Source of the DNA: Gemmatimonadales bacterium
GTDB lineage: Bacteria > Gemmatimonadota > Gemmatimonadetes > Gemmatimonadales > GWC2-71-9
DNA: 64,000 nt
Assembly: GCA_965248285.1 (NCBI GenBank)
Contig: CBDFJJ010000007.1
Location: forward strand, 109,209-173,208
Reading direction: 5' to 3'
The notes beneath the pieces are model-generated. The model saw nothing but the letters and a program-made list of their open reading frames with translations. It searched no databases and was not told where the DNA came from. A program made the position numbers and the translations under genes. This document shows, piece by piece, positions 55,701 through 62,306 of this stretch. Position 1 is the stretch's first letter. The number at the start of each line of letters is the position of its first letter.

Positions 55701-56065
55701 CACACGATCAACATCACGGCCTGTCGGCGCACTGGGAGATCTGGATGGAGGCCGCGGCGATGGGGCCCATGGGTGCGCTCGAAGTCGCGACTCGGCACGG
55801 CGCGCGGTTCCTCGGCATGGAGCAGGATATCGGGTCGCTCGCCGTGGGGAAGCTTGGCGACGTGGTGGTCTTGAACTCGAACCCGCTGGAAAACATTCGG
55901 AACACCACGGACATCCAATTCGTGATGAAGGGAGGAATCCTGTACGACGCGGCGACGCTGGACGAGCTTTGGCCGCGGCAGCGACCCTTTGGCCCGTACT
56001 ACTGGGTCAATCCGGATGCACTGCTGGCCGACGACCGGCCGATCGATTACTGGGATCGGCGGTGA
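52712..56065 (+). CDS. TolB-like beta-propeller plus amidohydrolase fusion protein (paralogue of 37265..40441)
   Basis: SPDGRWIVFDLLAHVYRVPAEGG.. and repeated SPDG motifs. Amidohydrolase motifs PGIIDMHTHHY and ..GSHDQHHG... Confidence 0.85.
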   Translation: MRYLSRSLVGWRLAIATTLVSFGLPAAASARQADTTWDVTLARGQTREIDFTTSEGTWMSADISPDGRWIVFDLLAHVYRVPAEGGEAESLTQNSGVATNYHPRYSPDGQHIAFISDRRGQNNLWIMDADGANPRPVFTDLNARAVEPAWTPDGNYIIVRRYQVTGPRPRRSGIWMYHRDGGEGVELLGPEQPGASWPSVSRDGRYVYFHVSLDGPRLLYRPDLSKGDFQIRRLERATGDIMDVTMGQDAQQFRASSGGAIAPEVSPDGRWLAFARKIPNGTISWKGHRFGPRTALWLRDLRTGAERAIMDPIEVDLSEGMKMLRVLPGYSWAADGKSIVISQGGKLRRLDVQTGAVSSIPFTAQVHRTISEMAWAPSRISDGPLEVRFVRWHTASPDGRRLAFEAVGKIWIMELPNGTPRRLTGEGFEPLEFAPTWSPDGRWLAFTSWDDENRGQLWKVHAGGNGSGAPEAVIAEPGEYLHPVWSPDGTHLVATRGAGATARGRNLINNPWYEIIRVPATGGDPEVLARVDFEAERSIWSVIVRQVTRAAFGPEGRIFYHERIPQGPDGTGDVVTHFVSIKSDGSDRRVHITIPHGDEIVPSPDGKWVAFQEGDNVYLTSLPWPGAAGAPVHVDRRRSKLPVKQLSLEGGTFPRWRDATTLEFGSGNRYFVYHVATASTDTFNIRLRVPRDIPSGTIALTGGRIVTMEDRQVIERGSVVVTAGRISCVGECDASRADRVVDVSGKTLIPGIIDMHTHHYREHRGISPRHNYETAIYLAYGVTTGSDPSAWDQNVFTQAEMIEVGATIGPRTFSPGSPLYAGDAARHNEVTSYDAAERQVRRLMSWGAVSIKSYMQPRRDQRQWIVDVARKYGLEVTGEGGDLAYNLGLIMDGQTGWEHPMGYAVLYSDAAKFFGKAGTTYSATPIVAGPGPWSEEYFYQESEIWRDEKQQRWMPWRQLLPHTRRRALRPVTDYSFPLLAQSVADIIAEGGYGAVGSHDQHHGLSAHWEIWMEAAAMGPMGALEVATRHGARFLGMEQDIGSLAVGKLGDVVVLNSNPLENIRNTTDIQFVMKGGILYDAATLDELWPRQRPFGPYYWVNPDALLADDRPIDYWDRR

Positions 56066-56106
56066 AGGAATTAGTGGCCGTATTTCCTTACACTACTGGA
56101 GGCATC

Positions 56107-58545
56107 ATGCGTTCCCTGCGCCGAGTTCTGCTTTTCCCGTTTCTGGTCACGCTCGCGACCGCACCCGTCGTCGCGCAGTCGGGTTCGTTCGGGAACGCCA
56201 TCGTGGTCGGCGATGGCGAGCTGATCATCGCCGAGCCCAACACCAACTTCCGGCCCGGCGCGGTCTACATCTACCGCAAGAGCGGCAACACCTGGCGCGA
56301 GGCGGCCCAGCTGCATGCGCCCGACGCTGAGCGTGCCGACGGCTTTGGCTCGGTGTTAGCCCGTGCGGGCAATACGCTCTTCGTGGGTCAACGGGGCGGG
56401 CCGCTGCACATCTTCGAGAAACAGGGTACGACCTGGCGGGCCACAGGCACCGTCACGGGGGAAGGCGTGACCGGAATCGACCCGAGATGTGGTCAATACG
56501 GCTATTGCGGCACGGACTTCGGCATCGCGCTTGCCGCGAGCGGTGACTGGCTACTCGTCGGCGCGCCGGGGACTGTGCCGCCGCGCCGCCGCGGCGACCG
56601 CAGCCCCCTACCGGAGCCCCCGCCCGGTGTGGCATACGCGTACCAGCGTGGGGCGGACGGCAGCTGGAACCAGCGTGCGCGTTTCCGGCCCTCGGAAAGT
56701 CTTGCGGGTGACCGCTTTGGCGCAGTGATCGCGCTTGGCGGCGGCCGCGCGCTCGTTGGTGCGCCTAATTGGAGCCCACCCGGCGACACCACGGTTGTAG
56801 GAGTGGGTCGCGTCTATGAATTCCGCTTTGAGGACGGCAGATGGCGGGAAACGGCGTTGCTCGATTCGAGGATCGAGGCAAACGCCAATTTTGGATTCAC
56901 GATCGCGATGCAGGGAGACGCCGCCGTGATTGGCGCCCCCGAGAGCGGTGATGGTCACGGCGCTGCCTTCCTCCACGCCCGCGATCCGAGCACCGGTGCG
57001 TGGTCAGAGCATTCCCGACTCGCGGCATTCAACAGCATTCGCGGCGATCGCTTCGGCGGCGCCGTCGCGCTCGACGGCAACGACGTCTGGATCGGTGCAC
57101 CCACTCGGCGCGGTGAAGAGACTGGCCAGGTGTACGTGTATCGTGGCCGGGGCGACGGGCAGCTTCTGGACGCACCGCGTCGGATCCGTCTCACCGAGAC
57201 GGTCACGCGCGACGCCTTCGGCGATCTGATTGTCGCCCAAGGTGGAGTGGCTGCCGTTTGGTCATCCGGCATGCACCACCAAGCGGGTGCGGTGTACGTA
57301 TACCAACGTGACGCGACTGGCGATTGGCTGGACAACGGCATGCTCGTCAGCGCGCCCGACGCGCTCGCAGCAATGGTGGGCGAAGAACGCAAGTGTACCG
57401 ACGGCAAGGTCGGTCCCTTCGACTGCAATGAGGTCGAACTCCTATCTTTCGTGCCAAGCTCGATGCTCAGAGCGCCTGGGCACGCGCGCGGTGTGCGGAC
57501 CAACGACAACTGGGGATGGACTGATCCGCAGACCGGTCGCGAGTATGCACTGGTGGGCCGCAACGACGGCACGTCATTCATCGACCTCACCGACCCCGTC
57601 AACCCGGTGCTCGTGGGCGACCTTCCGAAACCCGCAAACACGCCGCCCTCACAACTGTGGCGCGACATCAAGACCTACAAGAACCACGCGTTCATCGTCG
57701 CTGACGGTGCCGGCAACCACGGCATGCAGGTCTTCGACTTGACACGGCTGCGGAACGTGACCAACCCACCGGCGCTGTTCGAGCCGGACGTGCACTACAC
57801 GGGAATTGCCAGCTCGCACAACATCGTGATCAACGAGGAGACCGGATACGCGTACACGGTTGGCAACCGAAGCGGCGGTGAGACATGCGGCGGCGGGTTG
57901 CACATGATCGACATCCGCGATCCGCTTAACCCCGAATTCGTCGGCTGTTTCAGGGACGGGCGCAGCACGCACGACGCGCAGTGTGTGATCTACCAGGGTC
58001 CCGACCGGGACTACCAGGGTCGGGAGCTGTGCCTGAATCTGAACGGCAGCTTCTTCGGCATCTCGGACGTGACGGACAAGGAGAGCCCGGTGGCGGTCGC
58101 GCGGGCGACATCTCCTAACGTGGCCTACATCCACCAGGGCTGGCTGACGGCGGACCATCGCTATTTCTACGTGGATGATGAAAGCGATGTGATCCGGGGC
58201 AACGTGCCAACCACGCGCACGCTCATCTGGGATCTGAGCGATGTCGACGATCCGGTGTTGGTCACGCAGTTCATGGGCTCGATGACCGCGAGCGCGCACA
58301 ACCAATACGTGAAGGACAACTTTGCGTATCAGGCGAACTACCGGTACGGGTTGCACATTCTCGACATCACCGATCCCGAGAACCCGCGCGAGGTCGGCTT
58401 CTTCGACACGTCACCACACCACACCGGTCCCGGGTTCAGCGGGGCGTGGAGCACCTATCCGTTTTTCGAGAGCGGCACGGTGATCGTGACGAGTCTACAG
58501 GAGGGGCTGTTCATACTGAAGAAAAGGGATCGGCCCGTATTCTAA
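56107..58545 (+). CDS. Secreted protein: FG-GAP-like repeats plus C-terminal LVIVD/choice-of-anchor-B-like beta-propeller
   Basis: ORF 55576 trimmed to ATG 56107 (signal MRSLRRVLLFPFLVTLATAPVVAQS). Repeats FGxxxAxxGDxxxVGAP. C-terminal part: ..NDNWGWTDPQTGREYALVG..WRDIKTYKNHAFIVAD..MQVFDLT... Confidence 0.65.
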   Translation: MRSLRRVLLFPFLVTLATAPVVAQSGSFGNAIVVGDGELIIAEPNTNFRPGAVYIYRKSGNTWREAAQLHAPDAERADGFGSVLARAGNTLFVGQRGGPLHIFEKQGTTWRATGTVTGEGVTGIDPRCGQYGYCGTDFGIALAASGDWLLVGAPGTVPPRRRGDRSPLPEPPPGVAYAYQRGADGSWNQRARFRPSESLAGDRFGAVIALGGGRALVGAPNWSPPGDTTVVGVGRVYEFRFEDGRWRETALLDSRIEANANFGFTIAMQGDAAVIGAPESGDGHGAAFLHARDPSTGAWSEHSRLAAFNSIRGDRFGGAVALDGNDVWIGAPTRRGEETGQVYVYRGRGDGQLLDAPRRIRLTETVTRDAFGDLIVAQGGVAAVWSSGMHHQAGAVYVYQRDATGDWLDNGMLVSAPDALAAMVGEERKCTDGKVGPFDCNEVELLSFVPSSMLRAPGHARGVRTNDNWGWTDPQTGREYALVGRNDGTSFIDLTDPVNPVLVGDLPKPANTPPSQLWRDIKTYKNHAFIVADGAGNHGMQVFDLTRLRNVTNPPALFEPDVHYTGIASSHNIVINEETGYAYTVGNRSGGETCGGGLHMIDIRDPLNPEFVGCFRDGRSTHDAQCVIYQGPDRDYQGRELCLNLNGSFFGISDVTDKESPVAVARATSPNVAYIHQGWLTADHRYFYVDDESDVIRGNVPTTRTLIWDLSDVDDPVLVTQFMGSMTASAHNQYVKDNFAYQANYRYGLHILDITDPENPREVGFFDTSPHHTGPGFSGAWSTYPFFESGTVIVTSLQEGLFILKKRDRPVF

Positions 58546-58560
58546 ATAAAAAGGAATGAC

Positions 58561-58603
58561 GGCCACGGATTGATATTTGAGCACGGATTTGTACGGGAAG
58601 GGT
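58561..58603. repeat. CACGGAT palindromic element, copy 1 left arm (split by IS5 copy C)
   Basis: GGCCACGGATTGATATTTGAGCACGGATTTGTACGG.. . Its mate is 59925-59978, and 61415-61448 is a near-identical arm. Confidence 0.8.
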
Positions 58604-59924
58604 CTAGCAGGTTGCGGAAAAATTGATGGTGAGCCGCGTTTGTCCGGGTAACACGACGGTGTACCAGCGTGCGGTCCCCTATTACCGCCCCCGCGGTGCG
58701 GTCGGCGTGACGAATGCGGCCCACACTGCCCCATCAGGGGCTGCCTCCGGCCAGGGTCAGGGTGCGTATCCGCATCAGATTGTAGACCGCGGCCGTGAAC
58801 GTAAACACCCACCCGACCCGCGGGGTCCCGCGATGTCGGAGTTTGCGTAACAACCCAATCGTCTTGCCCCACCCGTAGATCTCTTCCACTTTTTTGCGCT
58901 GCCGTTGACTGATCGCATAGCTGGGATGGCGCGTCGTCCGGCCATCCACCGCGCTCCGCAACCGCGTGCGGTGCACGTTCGGCGTGACGTGGGGCGTCCA
59001 GCCCAACGCCCGCAGCGTGTCGACAAACCCGCACCGATCATAACCCTTGTCCGCCCCCAACGTCCGACGCCGGGCCGTCGGCGGTAAGCTCCCCACCATC
59101 GCCAGCGCACTCGCACACTCCGCCTCGTAGCCGGGCTGCGTCACGTCGGTCGCCACCACGAGCCCGTGCCGATTATCCATCAACACACTCGCCAAGTACG
59201 CCAATTGCGCGCCTTGCCCCCCACTCTTCCGCGTCAACCGCGCCTCCGGGTCCGTCCGCGACGCATGCGTCGCATTCGTCCGTTTCTCCTGGCGAAACGT
59301 CACGCTCGGATTCCCCGGATCATCGTCCGTTGGCGGGCGGGTGCCGGCCTTCGGCTGAAAACTCTTCTGACTCGCCCACGCGTCCAGCAAGGTCCCGTCG
59401 ACGGTGAAATGCTCATTCGACAACAACGCCCGCCGCTCCGCCTCCTGTAACACTTCGGCCAGAAACGCATCCGCGATGCCCCCCTCGACCAGCCGCGTCC
59501 GATTCTTCGTAAAGACCGTCGGCACCCACACCGCGTCGTCCAGATTCAACCCCACAAACCATCGGTACAGGATGTTGTAATCGAGCTGCTCCATCAGCTG
59601 CCGCTCGCTCCGGATCGTATACACCACCTGCAGCAATAACGCGCGTAACAAATGTTCCGGGGGAATCGACGGCCGGCCCCGCCGCGCGTACAGCCGGTCC
59701 AACTGCGGCGAGAGCCGGGCTAACACCGGGTCCACCAGCGCCCGCAGGGCGCGCAACGGATGGTCGGAGGGCACCCGATCCTCCGCACTGATATAGCTGA
59801 ACAGCGCCGACTGATTCGTCTTGTTCCCGCGCATCGTGGCACTCCCATCGAGGTCCCTCTACGATAAGAACTTCCGGCTCGCGATGCTATCGTCCATTAC
59901 CCGACTTTTTCCGCAACCTGCTAG
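58604..59924 (-). mobile_element. IS5-family insertion sequence, copy C (intact, coordinates include the flanking CTAG)
   Basis: The same ends as copies A and B. CTAG on both sides (58604-58607 and 59921-59924). Confidence 0.9.
58734..59834 (-). CDS. IS5-family transposase, 366 aa
   Basis: Protein identical to copy B in the ORF track. Confidence 0.85.
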   Translation of the reverse strand: MRGNKTNQSALFSYISAEDRVPSDHPLRALRALVDPVLARLSPQLDRLYARRGRPSIPPEHLLRALLLQVVYTIRSERQLMEQLDYNILYRWFVGLNLDDAVWVPTVFTKNRTRLVEGGIADAFLAEVLQEAERRALLSNEHFTVDGTLLDAWASQKSFQPKAGTRPPTDDDPGNPSVTFRQEKRTNATHASRTDPEARLTRKSGGQGAQLAYLASVLMDNRHGLVVATDVTQPGYEAECASALAMVGSLPPTARRRTLGADKGYDRCGFVDTLRALGWTPHVTPNVHRTRLRSAVDGRTTRHPSYAISQRQRKKVEEIYGWGKTIGLLRKLRHRGTPRVGWVFTFTAAVYNLMRIRTLTLAGGSP

Positions 59925-59978
59925 TCTGCCGGATCGCTAGCGGACCTATCCGTGTTCGAAAAGGATCAATCCGTGGCC
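59925..59978. repeat. CACGGAT palindromic element, copy 1 right arm
   Basis: ..CCTATCCGTGTTCGAAAAGGATCAATCCGTGGCC. The outer 14 nt are the exact reverse complement of 58561-58574. Confidence 0.8.
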
Positions 59979-59980
59979 CA

Positions 59981-61648
59981 TTACCGAATCAGGTACCACT
60001 CCATTTGATAGGGCCGGAAGTACTCGTAGCCCCGGCCCGTCAAGAAGGCGTCGTCCTCCATAGGAATCAGCAGCGAATCGCCGTTCCACTCCTCGAGCGC
60101 GGTCTTGGCACTGAACTCAACCGACCGGTAGTTGCCAAGACGGAGCCGGGTGTCGCGCTCGTAGCCGGCGAGTATCATGTTCCGCGCATTGATGCCGGCG
60201 CCCAGAGCGTGACCCTGGTAACCCAGGGGGTGGGAGTACAGGCTGGGGAGAAAATCCACGCTCTCGAGCTGCTTCATGATGGCCAAGGTCGCTTCGCGCC
60301 CCGTCATCGACGGCCGCGGGGCGGACGCGAAAGCCTCGTGCATCAAATTCGCGTTTCGCAGCGCGACCTTCATCCCTTCGGAGACGTCCGTCTCTCCTTC
60401 GCGCAGAACATAGGCCACCTTTTGCCAGTCACTGGCGAAGCCCAGGTAGTTGAGCCCGCAGTCCAGATGGATGATGTCGCCCCGCTGGTACACGAGGCTG
60501 TCGGGGGCGGGGTGCACGTAGGGGATCACTCGACCGCTCGTCGGATCGAAGCGCTGCACTGCCGTATGAATCTCGAACCACGGCTCGGCGCCGACGCCTA
60601 GCGAAGCAACTTGCTGGTTGAACCACCACTTGACGTCTACGGCGCGCGTGACCCCCGGAGTGATCACCTCGTTGGAGAGGGCCCGCTGAGCAAAGATGTC
60701 TGTGACCAAGACCAACGCACGGTAATGCTCCAGCTCGTCCGGCAATCGCGTGTCGAAGTAATCCTCGATCAGTGCCGCCGCCGACACGAAACGCGCCTGG
60801 ACATTGGGACCCAGCGCGTCAACCAGAAACGCATACGCGTCTCGAGTCAGTCCGCGGTCCTGGCCTCGTACGCCACCCATGTTCAGGCCGATCGTTTCAG
60901 GGTCGTACCGCTCGAATAGCAACCGGAGGCCTTGCGCTGCATCTTGGCGTCCTCGAGCCGACCGCGGCACCGGCAGCGGCTCGAAGAAACGCGCGTAGTC
61001 GGCAGTGGGGCGCGAGTAGTTGGAATACCGCTTGAGCCCTTCGGCACCCGCATCCACGAAAACGTGGAATGTCAGGCGCGCGGTGTACTCGAGATCCGGA
61101 GCGACATATTGCGTGACCGGATCTGGGTGGAACTCCTCGCTGGTGACGATCCACATGGCGATGCTGTGCTTCCGCATCATCGGGAGCAGGGCTTCGTGTT
61201 TCGCGGCCAGCCATGTCAACCGCAGCTCGAACTGCTCTCGGACGCCCGCGAGCTTGGGGAGCGCCGGTACGATTCGGCCGTCGAACAGCTCGATGGAGCC
61301 GTCGGTCCGATGCATGATCGGGGATTGCTCGCGCTCGGCCCCCGATCGTGAGCAGCCGAATGCGAGGAGCGGCAAGAATAGGGTGACCCTCGCATGGCGG
61401 AATAAGGAATTGCTGCCACGGATTGATTGTTTGAGCGCGGATTTGTTCAGGAACAGAGCCCGTCTGCCGTATCGTTCCGGAAACCATCCGTGTCCGACAA
61501 AGATCATCCGTGGCCGCACTTCATTATTAATCATCCGTGGCCGCTGTTCATCCCACTGATAATGAACGCGGATTCGTGGCTGCACAAGACGAGCGCCGTA
61601 GCGGCTGAAAGACATCCGTGCTCGAATAGAATCATCCGGGCCGCACAA
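59981..61648 (-). CDS. M24-family metallopeptidase (Xaa-Pro aminopeptidase-like); start uncertain
   Basis: ..GDIIHLDCGLNYLGFASDWQ..HPLGYQGHALG..IPMEDDAF.. are the metal-ligand regions. Lipobox LLAFGCS. The first ~85 codons of the long ORF are translated repeat DNA (RPRMI twice); ATG 61507 or a later start is more plausible. Confidence 0.75.
   Translation of the reverse strand: MCGPDDSIRARMSFSRYGARLVQPRIRVHYQWDEQRPRMINNEVRPRMIFVGHGWFPERYGRRALFLNKSALKQSIRGSNSLFRHARVTLFLPLLAFGCSRSGAEREQSPIMHRTDGSIELFDGRIVPALPKLAGVREQFELRLTWLAAKHEALLPMMRKHSIAMWIVTSEEFHPDPVTQYVAPDLEYTARLTFHVFVDAGAEGLKRYSNYSRPTADYARFFEPLPVPRSARGRQDAAQGLRLLFERYDPETIGLNMGGVRGQDRGLTRDAYAFLVDALGPNVQARFVSAAALIEDYFDTRLPDELEHYRALVLVTDIFAQRALSNEVITPGVTRAVDVKWWFNQQVASLGVGAEPWFEIHTAVQRFDPTSGRVIPYVHPAPDSLVYQRGDIIHLDCGLNYLGFASDWQKVAYVLREGETDVSEGMKVALRNANLMHEAFASAPRPSMTGREATLAIMKQLESVDFLPSLYSHPLGYQGHALGAGINARNMILAGYERDTRLRLGNYRSVEFSAKTALEEWNGDSLLIPMEDDAFLTGRGYEYFRPYQMEWYLIR
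61415..61517. repeat. CACGGAT palindromic element, copy 2 (uninterrupted)
   Basis: GCCACGGATTGATTGTTTGAGCGCGGATTTGTTC ..34 nt.. ACCATCCGTGTCCGACAAAGATCATCCGTGGCCGC. It is collinear with the two halves of copy 1, spacer included (GTCTGCCG.ATCG). Confidence 0.75.
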
Positions 61649-61650
61649 CC
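61518..61650. repeat. Additional partial CACGGAT units
   Basis: AATCATCCGTGGCCGC, GCGGATTCGTGGCTGC, ATCCGTGCTCGAATAGAATCATCCGGGCCGC. Confidence 0.6.
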
Positions 61651-61992
61651 TCAGTCCGTTGGTACGACCACGAATCCAGCGGCACCAAAGTGACGATCGA
61701 GTGTCAGCGTCTCGCGCACTCCCCGTTCCGACATCACCTCGAAGCTCACCGCATCCGCAAGAGAGAAAAGCTGGTCGTCGTACCGCTCGAGCCAGTGCGT
61801 GATGGCGCGGTTCTCGAGCTCGGTGGTGGCCGCGACGACCTCGTTCGGCCGTTGTCGCACGGCGCGCAGGAACGCCAGCGCTGCCTCGCGCCGAGTGCGC
61901 GCCAAGAGCAGGGCATGCGTTTCGGCCACTATGAGGTTGGTGGTTACGATACGCACGCCGCCGCGGACGCGGTCGTGAAGCGCCGCCGCCAA
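61651..61992 (-). pseudogene. PIN-domain (VapC-like) gene lacking the N-terminal acidic motif; no antitoxin gene
   Basis: ..VTTNLIVAETHALL..LADAVSFEVMSERGV..TLDRHF.. are the central and C-terminal PIN motifs. The expected N-terminal ..LDTS.. segment is absent, and the in-frame upstream sequence runs into the 62085 palindrome. Confidence 0.45.
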
Positions 61993-62084
61993 GGAGTCTC
62001 CCGGCGCGACGCGCGGGGAAGGTGGATCCGATGGTGGCGTTGCGGAACGGGTAGGCAGTGTAGCGTCCTTTTCCGAGATTTAGA

Positions 62085-62252
62085 TAGCCACGGAAAACAC
62101 GGAATCCACGGAAACCCCGCCCAACCCCAGACTAATGTCCCCCTCCCATCCCCTTTTCGTGGCGATCCCGAATCCCGGGGGAGAGGTGGGGAAACACAAC
62201 CTCCGGGCGGGGGGTAGGGGTCCGTGCTTTCCGTGGATTCCGTGGCTATTAC
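62085..62252. repeat. ~170-bp palindrome with inverted triplets of CACGGAA units around a C/G-tract core
   Basis: Left arm: ATAGCCACGGAAAACACGGAATCCACGGAAACCCCGCC. Right arm: GGCGGGGGGTAGGGGTCCGTGCTTTCCGTGGATTCCGTGGCTAT. Confidence 0.75.
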
Positions 62253-62306
62253 TCGATCGGAGCCGGCATCCGTCTCCCCTGGTCGCTTGAGTTATGGGGC
62301 TAACGA

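Noticed and set aside
8607-56106. N-terminal extensions of several ORF-track calls: 8607, 8966, 10725, 27129, 44494, 45404, 48437 and 55576.
   Set aside because: They overlap the preceding gene or lack any signal. In each case an internal start with an SD, a stop-start overlap, or a signal or lipoprotein sequence fits better.
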